64,000 nt of DNA from Camelus dromedarius (taxonomy: Eukaryota), in NCBI RefSeq assembly GCF_036321535.1, contig NC_087437.1:59398001-59462000 (forward strand), written 5' to 3'. Made by a program: the position numbers and the translations under genes. The notes under the pieces were generated by a model, which was not told where the DNA came from, made no database searches, and saw only the letters and a list, made by a program, of their open reading frames with translations. Of the stretch, positions 25,201 through 34,281 are shown one piece after another (the stretch's first letter is position 1; each line of letters starts with the position of its first letter).

Positions 25201-25231
25201 GCTCGGGCGCGGGGCTGGGCGCCTCCTCCAT
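569..25231 (-). CDS. TMEM44: TMEM44 transmembrane protein 44, coding exons 1-10 (3'-partial; last exon not found in window)
   Basis: Exons splice in frame to MEEAPSPAPEPALWYWDYLDRCFARHRVCISFGLWICASSCWIAAHALLLYLRC...QKYWEALNLEQ, recognisable as TMEM44; adjacency to LSG1 matches the known mammalian gene order. Confidence 0.95.
911..952. repeat. (TAA)14 microsatellite
   Basis: Direct reading. Confidence 0.95.
1198..1242. repeat. Compound (TGCG)n(TG)n(AG)n microsatellite
   Basis: Direct reading. Confidence 0.9.
2790..2982 (+). mobile_element. LINE-1 3'-end fragment with poly(A)
   Basis: agcacagggaactatatacaatatcttgt...ttgtaaactgactatacttcaattaaaaa; same family as 5968-6568 and 9194-9350. Confidence 0.75.
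3349..3400. repeat. (CA)n/(CG)n alternating purine-pyrimidine repeat
   Basis: acacacacacacacacgcgcgcacgcacacgcacacacac... Confidence 0.9.
5968..6568 (+). mobile_element. 5'-truncated LINE-1 (ORF2 end plus 3' UTR)
   Basis: gcaccccaatgttc...ctcagccataaaaaaagaatgaaataatgccattt...; near-identical flanks aaaattaacacttttaga / aaaattagtacttttaga (TSD). Confidence 0.85.
9194..9350 (+). mobile_element. LINE-1 3'-end fragment
   Basis: Same 3' UTR motif; TSD-like flanks aaaaagcttgttattca / aaaaagttcgttattca. Confidence 0.75.
9430..9800. promoter_or_regulatory. Intragenic CpG-rich island over TMEM44 exon 9 and the start of intron 9
   Basis: High CpG density compared with CpG-poor flanks. Confidence 0.6.
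9642..9800 (-). CDS. TMEM44: TMEM44 exon 9 (159 nt)
   Basis: AGCSATRLPGDGQTSAG...SSINSDLE; cag/gtacgg. Confidence 0.92.
11455..11720 (+). mobile_element. MIR SINE (representative; many other MIR fragments, e.g. about 20590-20720, 21000-21215, 36600-36900)
   Basis: caagttgcttaacctctctgtgcccccattttccatatctgtaaaatgagaataata core. Confidence 0.75.
12410..12900 (-). mobile_element. LINE-2 fragment (others at about 60590-61160 and 63040-63290)
   Basis: gataagtgctatg...ggaaggtgacatttt...gattttattctgcatgaaatgg...gagagttttaa purine-rich L2 motifs. Confidence 0.55.
14060..14164 (-). CDS. TMEM44: TMEM44 exon 8 (105 nt)
   Basis: NSDWMPLIALPHCKPLKRMAAISRYMELTIEPVQQ; aag/gtaagt. Confidence 0.9.
14350..14740. 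mobile_element. Two adjacent MER5-like hAT-Charlie elements
   Basis: agtggttcccaaacttt...ggaaccactg and gcagcggctctcaaac...tgcatttctaacaagttcccagg...gagaaccattg. Confidence 0.65.
15118..15246 (-). CDS. TMEM44: TMEM44 exon 7 (129 nt; donor uncertain, alternatives end at 15106 or 15043)
   Basis: IIFLSWVMKSKMRQALGFASEARGNPDTQALLTCVEKEEESQE; GAG|GCAAGG non-canonical GC donor. Confidence 0.8.
15550..15975 (+). mobile_element. MLT1-type (MaLR) solo LTR
   Basis: cccaaaattcatgcccacctggaacctcagaatg...gtgaagatggaggcaga...aataaattcctgttgtttaaacca. Confidence 0.75.
16504..16541. repeat. poly(A)/(GAAA)n repeat
   Basis: Direct reading. Confidence 0.85.
16689..16859 (-). CDS. TMEM44: TMEM44 exon 6 (171 nt)
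   Basis: CRGKTFPSIHLWTRLLSALAGLLYASAIVAH...LGRAALDLA; donor GTATCC. Confidence 0.93.
18661..18747 (-). CDS. TMEM44: TMEM44 exon 5 (87 nt)
   Basis: DNTEIFGYLLGSIAAFGSWASRIPPLSRI; cag/gtgagg. Confidence 0.93.
18939..19105 (-). CDS. TMEM44: TMEM44 exon 4 (167 nt)
   Basis: GRSSQERKKRQRLRASVFALALPLSLGPGWALW...RRLLGSLLQ; cag/gtgaga. Confidence 0.93.
20225..20318 (-). CDS. TMEM44: TMEM44 exon 3 (94 nt)
   Basis: VFTGAYLAAIDLVSFVSILFPVCGSKFKSNS; cag/gtgagt. Confidence 0.93.
20780..20998. mobile_element. Non-autonomous Tigger-family DNA transposon (MER8/Tigger2-like MITE)
   Basis: Terminal inverted repeats tatagtggacccttgaacaa / ttgttcaaaggtccattata with TA ends. Confidence 0.75.
22240..22357 (-). 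mobile_element. tRNA-derived SINE (Vic-1-like, camelid)
   Basis: Reverse complement reads gggagggtagagctcagtggtacagcgtgtgcttagcatgcatgaggtcctgggttcaatccccagcacctcc; A/B boxes and A-rich tail. Confidence 0.85.
22505..22631 (-). CDS. TMEM44: TMEM44 exon 2 (127 nt)
   Basis: LLLYLRCGKKSGRDQSALCAACCLLTSLCDTVGAILAKQLTIQ; cag/gtgtgt. Confidence 0.93.
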
Positions 25232-25640
25232 GGCTGGCTCGGCTCCGCCCGGTCCCGTGCCCGCGCCTCCGCGTGGCCGGAGACCTCCCGAGCTGTCCGC
25301 AGCCCCGGGCCCTGCAGCCCCGCGCCCCCTTCTCTGGTTGCGTCCCGCCGCGGCGGCCCCGGCCGAGCGCACGGAGCGCTGGCGGGAGATGGGCGCTCCG
25401 GGGCCCGGACGGGCGGCGACCAAGACACCAGGGAAAAGTTTCCGGGCCCGCGCGGCTCCCCACCCCTCGCGCTATTGTCGGGGGTCGGCGGGCGGGAGGC
25501 CGCCCCCCAGCGGCGGGAGCCGTGAGCAACCTCTGCACAAAGACTGCGGCCCCCGCCCCGGGACAGCGGCGGCGCGGCTCCCGCGGACCCCTTGGCTGTC
25601 ACCACTCCCCAAACCTGGCGGTCGGAGCGGAATGCAGTGA
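25010..25640 (-). promoter_or_regulatory. TMEM44: TMEM44 promoter CpG island
   Basis: Very GC/CpG-dense stretch spanning exon 1, with a GC box (ccccgcccc about 25551-25559). Confidence 0.85.
25089..25231 (-). CDS. TMEM44: TMEM44 coding exon 1 (143 nt)
   Basis: Kozak gccATGG at 25231; donor GTAATG. Confidence 0.93.
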
Positions 25641-26099
25641 CCTGCCGGCTCTCTGTGAGGCACTTTGTTCATTAATCCACCACATTTTCTGAACCAAACA
25701 GTATATACTTCACGCCTGGGGAGCCGCTTGGGCCCTGGGGATCCCAAGATGAGCGGGGCCTGGTTCCTGATGGTTAAAATGGCACCATACAAAGGGTGCA
25801 ATGGGAGGCCGGGAAGGAGGGATCAAACGCACCCCGCTACATCCTCTCTCACCCTTTTTTCCGAGGCTGTAGCTGCACCCTCTGCCCTGGCTCAGCTGTC
25901 CAAGCCGGGCTCTGGAAGTCATCCTAGACGGCGACCCCCCGCAGCGAGGGAGCCCCGTGATTTTTGCAATCTGTCCCCTCCCATCCAGCCACACTGCCAT
26001 TCAATTCAAGTACACGGAGCTGTTTTTCTTGAAAACAAACTAATTTCAAGTTTTCCTTGTTGATTTTAATAACTTTTCTTAAAGAAGGACTTGACTATC

Positions 26100-26740
26100 G
26101 TTTCTTTTTTATCTAAAAATAGTTTTACTGAGCTCTCATTCATATAGCACAAAATTCACCTTTTTAAGTGTACAATTCAAAGGTTTTTAGTATATCCAGA
26201 GTTGTGCAACCACCACCATTATCTAATTTTAGAACGTCTTCATTACCTACCCCCAAATCTAGTACCCACTAGCAGTTACTCTCCATCCGCCTCAAGCACT
26301 CCCAACCATGAGCAACCACACATCTACCTCTGTCTCTCCGGATTTGCCTATGCTGGACATTCCTTATAAATGGAATCATCCAGGAGGTGACCTTTTGTGA
26401 CTAACTTCTTTCACTTAGCATGTTTTTAAGGTTCATCCATGTTGTAGCATGTATCAGTATGTCATTTCTTTTCATGGCTGAAAAATAATCCATTGTGTCG
26501 ATGTATCACATTTTAATTATCCATCCATCAGTTAATGGACATTTGGGTTGTTTTTATTTTTTGGCTATTATGAATACTGCTGCTATGAACATTTGTGTAC
26601 AAGTGTTTGTGTGGACATAGGTTTTCAATTTTCTTGGGCATATACCTAGGAGTGGAATTGCTGGGTCCCATGGTGACCTCTGTGTTTCAGGTTTTGAGGA
26701 ACTACTGGACTGTTTTCCAAAGTGGCTGTGCTATTTTACT
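26100..26740 (-). mobile_element. Old LINE-1 (L1M-type) fragment
   Basis: ggttcatccatgttgtagcatg...gatgtatcacatttt...tatacctaggagtggaattgctggg. Confidence 0.8.
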
Positions 26741-26940
26741 GGTTTGTTCATTTTAAAAAGTTATGACCACTCACAGGAGAAATGAAACACTATGTGTCAG
26801 GCATTGTGCTGGGAGCTGGGGACACATTGTTGAGAAAAACAGATATGGTCCCTACTTTCGAGGAGCTTACAGTGCAGTAGAATAAAGAGATATTAAACAA
26901 TAAATTGATTAAATAAAAGTAAAATTAAAATATGTTATTA

Positions 26941-27090
26941 GGGAGAGGGTATATAGCTCAATGGTAGAGTGCATGCCTAGTATGCATGAGGTCCTTGGTT
27001 CAATCCCCTGTGCCTCCATTAAAAATAAATAATAAACTTAATTCCCCCCCCAGACAAAAAACAAACAAACAAAAAATACAAAAAAAAAAG
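26941..27090 (+). mobile_element. tRNA-derived SINE (Vic-1-like)
   Basis: tagctcaatggtagagtgcatgc...ggttcaatcccc plus A-rich tail. Confidence 0.85.
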
Positions 27091-28014
27091 TTTTTTAAAA
27101 AAGGGACCAAAATTCAAATAATAAAATGATTAAGATGGAGAGATATAAAATGAATGCCAACTAAGACAAGATTAAAGGGTTAAATTAAAAGGAAAAATAT
27201 ATGTAACCCACATTTCTCATAGTCTGTAAACAATAAATACCCCTAGTCTGAAATCTCTGCCTTTTGGTTCTTTGAGGGCTTTTTTGGTGGATGTCCTCTG
27301 TGCTTACAAATGGTCACCTCTACCATGATCCCCCGTGGATGCTGACTGGTACTGCCCAGATCTTCGGTTCCTCTGGACACTGCCTACCAATTGCTCCCAA
27401 AGGTTTATCTCTCTAAAGATAATCTATTCCACTAATTATCTCAATAAAGTGAGGACACGCCCCATGCAGTCTTGTGTCACTCTCTCACCAGGCCCTAAGG
27501 TTGCCTGATACTCTCAGTTTTGTTTCGCCTTGAAGATACCACTACTTAGCTTGATTCAGTCTTTATTACAGCTCCTCTCTCCCTCAGCATAACCCTGGGG
27601 AGGTGGGCCTCATTTAAAAATTGCTCAGTCCTCCTCACCTACCCTGAACCAGGTTGACAGACCTTGATGTCTTTTTCTTAGAGCAGTAAATTCTCCACCT
27701 TTTCTGTGACTCCTCTGAGAATCTGAAGAAAATCTTATCCCTGAAGAACACAAACTTGTAAGCCCACCCACACAATTTCTTGCATAACCTTGAAGAATTT
27801 ATGGAACCCCTGAAATTCATCTATGGATTCCATGGCAGAATAGACTCCAGACTACAAACCCCCAGTTTAAGGGTGTAAGTCCTACAAGCCCCCTGCCCGA
27901 GCAGTTGGGGTTGTGTGGTCCATGGATTGTCGGTGTCAGAATCACTCTGGCTGCCTGTCAAAAAGCAGACCTACCGAGTCCACCTCTCTGGGTGTATGTT
28001 CTTGGCATCTTCAT

Positions 28015-28500
28015 GGATTCGTTTCCTAGGGCTGTTGAGATAAGTCATCCAAAATTTAGTGATTTAAAACAACAGAAATGTATTCCCTGACAGTTCTGGA
28101 GGCCAGGAGCCTGACAGCAGTTTCACTGGACCTAAATCAAGGCATTGGCAGGGCGGCCTCTCCCGGGGGGCTCTGGCGGAGCAGCTGTTTCTTGTCCTGA
28201 CTCTTCGGGCTTCTGGTGGCGGCCGTGCTCCTTGCCTTATGGCTGCATCACTCTGATTAGTCTCTGCCTCTCTGGCTTCATTGCCTCCTGCTCTTCTCCG
28301 TGTTAAATCTCCCTCTGCCTTCTATCAAGACACTGTGATTGCATTTGTGGCCTACTCAGATAATCCACGATAATCTTCCTGGCTCGAGATCCTTAACTTA
28401 ATCACACCTGCAAAGACCTTTTTTCCATATAAGGTAGCACTTACAGGTTCCAAGGATCAGGACTTGATATCTTTCGGGGCCATTATTTAGTCAACTGCAA
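28015..28500 (-). mobile_element. MLT1-type (MaLR) solo LTR
   Basis: ttaaaacaacagaaatgtattccctgacagttctggaggccaggag...atccttaacttaatcacacctgcaaag. Confidence 0.75.
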
Positions 28501-30195
28501 TTGCTTTTCACAAGCTGCTAGGGAAAGAGGATCACTAGCTTATGAGATGGCCCTCAGTGGGGGTGGAGAAGCTGAGGGGAGAGCTGTTCCTTGACACTGG
28601 ATATTTTGGCTCCTAGGACAATGCAATGGGCAGATGGGGGTTTTGGAAAATCTTGGAGTGGAATTCACACTCTGCTTCCGTGCAGCTGTGATTGGGACAA
28701 AGCCCTGACCCTCTCTGCACATGAGTATTCTTACCTGTAAACTAAGAATGAGTACCTGCCTTAGAGTCACTGTGGTTATTAGAAACCCTGCAGATAAAGC
28801 ATCTGGCACGTGTCAACAGTGGCAATTATTATTGTTACCATCTTTCCCAGGGAGAGCCTCAGCTGCACTACAAAAAATGGTCCAGAGAAAATGTGAAGAG
28901 GAAGGTCACCTCCTGGAGGGAGACACAGAGCTCTCTTCTCTCCTCCACCACGTGCCAGGAGCATCTGTCTTCGGGCTTTAACTACGATCCCTGTCTCTGC
29001 CGTGCCTCCCGAATGAGCTATCTGCAGGTCAGAGATCCCAAACTTTAGACACATATGTAACTGCCTATGTGACATTTTCACTTGCATGTCTTAACTGAAC
29101 AGGTCTAAAACCAAACTGGCAATTTTCCCTCTCAAAGCTGCTCCTTGGTGGTCTTCCCTACACAGGTGATTGGGCATCCTGGTCCAAGGGGTGGAGGTGT
29201 GGGGACAGCCGGGCAACTGCCCTTTTCCTCCGTTAGGGCATCTCTCAAACGCAATGAGTGTTGTCTTTCTACCAGGCTGTGAGCGCCTTGCAGCCAGGGT
29301 TGTTTAGTTCTTATCTGTCTCCCCAGCTCAGTGCCTGGCACATAGTAAGGAAAATATTTACTGATGAAAATATTGGTTTTTAACAGGTTGTGAAAATGTG
29401 ATATGTATGTTAGAGCATATTGAAAATGCTTTGATGATGTATAACATTGGGTGTGTGGGTATGTTCGGGAAGGCTTTCAAGAAATGCATGAACTGGGCTT
29501 TGGAGGGTAAGTTTGCTTTTGGTGATGAGGCCATGGCACCAGTCCTGCAAAGGTGCTCCTGGAGGTGGGAAGAGCGCGGCCTGGGGGTGCAGGCAATAGC
29601 AGGGGTGCTGCAGTGCAGATACGAGGTGGGCTAGAGACGCAGTCTCCGCCTGGTCTGTCGGAAGGGAACCAGGACTTCATCCTGTCGGGGGATGATGCAT
29701 TCTAATCAACTCCCTCCGGGCCAATAGGACCCCCCCTCCCCCGCCAATTCTCCCAGTACCTTCCATAGGGCTCTCCACATTCAGAAAGTGAATCAGTTCC
29801 TTTATCAGGCTCCTCTGAGGCCCAGAAACTAATGTTTTTTGGCCATGGTCCCGAGTTTGCCGGAAAGAAAAACTAACAAGAGTACTATAACACACACCCT
29901 CCCTCCACAGCTCCTAAGCGTCTCCTGTTGGCAGAAGCTCCACGGGCATTGTCCTGAAGAAGGAAAGGGCCTCCGCGGGCTGGGCGGTCCTGCAGGAGCT
30001 GGCAGCCAATCGGGCCATAAATCCCAGCTGCCTGGGGCAGGGATGGCGTGGGTGGGGGTGGGGTGGGAGAGGGTGGTTGGAGAACAGACCTGCTGCTCAC
30101 TCAACAGCTTTTCTCTCGTGAGAACACATTGCCTCCTGCCAGTGTTCTCATAAAGTGCATTATTCAGAGGAAGGGCTTGTGGCTACTCCTCAAAC

Positions 30196-30200
<5 letters not shown>

Positions 30201-30248
<48 letters not shown>
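30201..30248. repeat. (CA)24 microsatellite
   Basis: Direct reading. Confidence 0.95.
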
Positions 30249-30250
<2 letters not shown>

Positions 30251-30640
30251 GAGCTCTACTGTCAGCTTGATTTACCCGCTATAAATACAGAGAAGTTAAT
30301 TCTAAGAGAATGCATTTTGAAATACTGGCCTTTCCAAATCTTCATCAGTCCCATTGTGGACATGTTGGGGTGTCGTGACAGAAGCAGGTGGTAGGACTGC
30401 TGGGATCTTGGGTTCTATTTAAAACTCTTGTCAACACGCTGTATGATCTTGTGAAGATTTCTTTACTTTTTCCCCCTCAAGTTCCTTATTAATAACATCT
30501 GGTTGCCGAAAGTCACTTTAAGATGCTCAGGAGCTGGGCAAGCGTTAATCAAACTGACAGATGTTGAAATGTTACAGCAAGGAAAGTCCTTCTTTAAAGG
30601 GGCTTTAAAACAAAGCAGCTCACCTTTTAAAGAGCCAACT

Positions 30641-30731
30641 GTCAGGGTGGGTATAGCTCAGTAGTAGAGTGCATGCTTAGCATGCAGGAGGTCCTGAGTT
30701 CAATCCCCACTATCTCTGTTAAAAAAATAAG
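30641..30731 (+). mobile_element. tRNA-derived SINE (Vic-1-like) with 13-bp target-site duplication
   Basis: Same head; taaagagccaact at 30628-30640 and 30732-30744. Confidence 0.88.
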
Positions 30732-31259
30732 TAAAGAGCCAACTAAATCGAATTCAGTACTTGAATATTTGCATTGAAATAATTAAAGAGAAATGTAAGT
30801 TCTCACTGCAGTTTGCCATTCGGAGAGAAACCAGCATCCTGCCAAGTTCCTATGTGCCAATATGGGAGGGAGCTGGATAACCCCACTTCCCAAAAGCCAA
30901 AAAAGACAGGAGTTCTGCATGGTCCTGTTAATTGTAATAACTGATTCTACTGTCTTTCGGTACAATTCTATCCGGGCTTCTGAACGGCTCCTGGGCCCTT
31001 AACTGTCTACTCTTATGACGCCTCAAGCCCTAATTTTTTATTTTGAAAAATTTCAAAACCACAAAAGAGTGAAAGAATACCCACCTAGGTTCACCAGGTG
31101 TTAACATTTTGCAGATTTGTTCTCTCTCACTCCACTCAGAACCATTTGAAACTGCAGGTATTTTACCCCAAAATGCATCAGCATGTGTCTCCAAGGATAT
31201 TCTCCAACATAACACACTTTTATTACGCTGATAAAATATTCTTATCTAATGTGTAATCC

Positions 31260-31595
31260 CAGGGTGGAGGAGGGGGAATTGGATGACAGTCGACAAAAAG
31301 TACAAGCTTCCAGATGTAAGATAGATAAGTACTAGGGATGTAATGTACACAGGATAAATATAATTAACACTGTTTTATCTTATGTGTGAAAGTTGTTATG
31401 AGAGTAAGTCCTAAGAATTCTCATCACAAGAAGTTTTTCTGTTTCTTTAATTTTTTACCTGTATGAGATGATATTCATTAAACTTACTGTGATAATCACT
31501 TCAAGACATATGTAAATCAAATCATTATGCTGTATACCTTAAATTTATACAGTGCTGTATGTCAGTCATATCTCAGTAAAACTGGAAGAAAAAAA
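31260..31595 (+). mobile_element. LINE-1 3'-UTR fragment
   Basis: gtacaagcttccagatgtaagatagataagtactagggatgtaatgtac...tatctcagtaaaactggaagaaaaaaa. Confidence 0.65.
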
Positions 31596-33286
31596 ATGTA
31601 ATCCATATTAAAATTTACTCAATTGTCCCAATAATGTCCAGTATAGTGTTGTTGTTTTCAATTCAGGATTCATTCATTTAGTTGTGTGTCTCTTAGTCCA
31701 GGTCCCTTGTCTCAGATTTAGAATCACCTAGTTGTTTCTTCATGGTTAGACTGAGGGTAAATGCTTCTGCAAAAGCAATACAAGGTGCTGCTGTGTGCTC
31801 CCTAACACTGCATCGGGAGGTACAGAACGCCAGGCTGGCGTTCCGCTGGTGAGGCTGAGTTTGATCACTTGGTTAAGGTGGTATCTGCCAGATCGCTCCA
31901 CTGTAGAAAACACTTTCCCGCCCTTCCTTTTCCTTTTATGAATATTACTGTGGACTCAAGAATCCCTTAAAAAATTCAATGTTTTAGAATTCATTTTATA
32001 ATTCATCATAAATGTGAAATCCACTGCTGTTCTCTTCCCGACCCTGAAAAGAATCTCACCATTCCGACCTTTGATTGTTGGGTCAGGCAGGAGTTAGCAG
32101 TTAACCTTTAGTGGTTAACGTCTGAAGATGTCACCAGCCACATACTCGGTGCTTAATAGTCACATATGGCTGGATGTACCTAGTGGACAGCACAGATTAT
32201 AGAACATTTCCTTCAGAGCAAAGCTCTATTGAACAGCACTGTATCACAGTGCATGGCAACACTATTTTCAAAAACCAAAACCCACTGGGTGATAAGGATG
32301 TGTCAGTGTAGGTCCATCTGTTAGAACAAGTGAACCACTGTGATGCGGGATGCTGACAGCAGGGGAGGCCGTGCACATGTGGGACAGGGGTACACGGGAA
32401 CTCTCTGTACTCTGCCGTTAATTTTGCTGTGAGCCTAAAACTGGTCTAAAGGGTAAAGTTTATTAATTAGACAGATACCAAAAACCCCAAACCTGCAAAA
32501 CATCCACATGTGCATCAATGTTCGAACAGATAAACTGTGATGTATTCACACCATATACTAAAATACGGCAACGAGAATGAACAATTTATTGTTTCTGATA
32601 TGTGAGAATACGGATGCCTCTCACAGTATTTGATTAAAGAAGGCTGATACTTAAAAGTACTGCGTTCTGTTCACATGTAGTAGAAAATCAACTGAAAAGG
32701 GCAAAATAGCAGATACCCTGGAGAGGGTTAGGTGGGGTGCTGGCCACGCTCTGGGCCTCGATCAGTGTGCTGGTTGCATCGGTGGGTCATTTGTGAGAAT
32801 TCAGCTGTCTGTATACTTAGGATAGTGCACTTTCTGTACACATATACACTCCAGTGAAACATTCAAACATTGTATTCAGGGTCTACTCTGTGGGGACACT
32901 TTTTGCTAACACAAGGCCCTTTGCTTTTAAATGCTCAAAATGGTTGTCATTTCTTCTTTATACTGGAGTCTCAGGAAAGCAAGACCTTCCCTTCCTGTAC
33001 AGTCTCTCCCCCTCAACTGGTATGTGGTATGTTGAACACAGAAGGTAACAAATGACTATTGAGCATGGACATTTTAACTGATTTCCTCACTTGTCCGCAG
33101 AGACTGAAGAGGGGAAAGGGCTGGTAAAACAAGGTGGCACGGAGTAGATTTCTGACCTGCTGCCAAATTTTCCTGTTTACCCATCAAAGAAAACATGCGT
33201 CACTATTGGCTTCTTGAGAAAAACCTCAACCTCTTTCTTATTGTCTGAAGAGTAAACAAGTGACAGATGTATAGCAGGTTCTACCG

Positions 33287-33344
33287 TGACTAAGTATATT
33301 TCTTGTAACAAAATATGACTAGGTATATTTCTTGTAACAAAATA
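33287..33344. repeat. 29-bp tandem duplication (1 mismatch)
   Basis: tgactaRgtatatttcttgtaacaaaata x2. Confidence 0.9.
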
Positions 33345-33815
33345 CTGGGAAAAATTTCAAAACAAGAAAATGAGAATGCTGATGACTGTACCTGGTAAGT
33401 CTAAAGTACTAACCCGTACAACAAGAGTGGGGACACTTACAACAATTGCAAGGATGCTGAACAAGACACATTCTGGGCAGAAGCAAAGGGGAAAATAGAA
33501 ATTCCCTTTTTGAGGCATCCTCATTTGGGAAGCTGACGATCATTTTCAATAGAGGCTCACGGTCTCCAGTGGCTTTTAAAAATTACCCATGCCAGCCCTT
33601 ATTCCAAGATCCGATATGCCTTCTGCCATATCCGGGGTGTGTGCTGGGTGTGTGTGAGGTGTGTGAGGCTGAGAATCACAAATCTAATAACGCACTCAAA
33701 AAACCCACCTGAAGTCCCAGCCACGTTTTGGCAAATTAAAATCATTTAAAGAATGTGAAATGTCCAAACAGCAATGTATCTACAAGAACCAAAAAAAAAA
33801 TCCATTAAGTGACAA

Positions 33816-33827
33816 TTTAATTTTAAT
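33816..33827 (-). terminator. LSG1: Probable LSG1 polyadenylation signal (two adjacent ATTAAA)
   Basis: ATTAAAATTAAA about 275 nt after the stop, followed on the minus strand by a T-rich tract (33800-33791). Confidence 0.6.
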
Positions 33828-34101
33828 GTCTTTTCAAAAAACTCCCAATTTACAAATGACTACGCATTTGCATACAAGTTTTCATAAGTAAATATACACC
33901 ATTCATTCCCTCATCTTAAGTCCAGCCTTCTGGAGGAGCAGGTTTCTGCGGCTCCGAGATGACTGACTGTCAGAGCCGGTCCTCCGAGGAGCCCTTGGTC
34001 TCGACACTGGCTGTTGGGTGTGGGTGCGCGTCCCCAGGGCAGGCCCCCCCTACAGCACCACAGATGCACAATGCAGATACCATTTCTGTTGCAGCCCAAG
34101 T

Positions 34102-34281
34102 TCACGTATCCAGGTGCTTGTAGAGTCTACGACTTTTCTCTTTTTTATTTCTGTTGCCATGTTTTTTCCAGGGCTTCCCAGGCCCTCTCTCAGAGCTCAC
34201 AGTAGCTGCCGTCACCAGGCCACTCCCAGGCTTGTAGCCCATCACAGCCTGGACTCCTTTGGTCAAAGCTCTCACATTTTC
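34102..34281 (-). CDS. LSG1: LSG1 exon 14 coding part (180 nt incl. TGA)
   Basis: ENVRALTKGVQAVMGYKPGSG...KPWKKHGNRNKKEKSRRLYKHLDT*. Confidence 0.95.
   Translation of the reverse strand, partial: ENVRALTKGVQAVMGYKPGSGLVTAATVSSERGPGKPWKKHGNRNKKEKSRRLYKHLDT

Noticed and set aside
24945..25801. Many long overlapping ORFs (up to 198 aa) on both strands
   Set aside because: Expected from stop-codon scarcity in a CpG island; only TMEM44 exon 1 is supported
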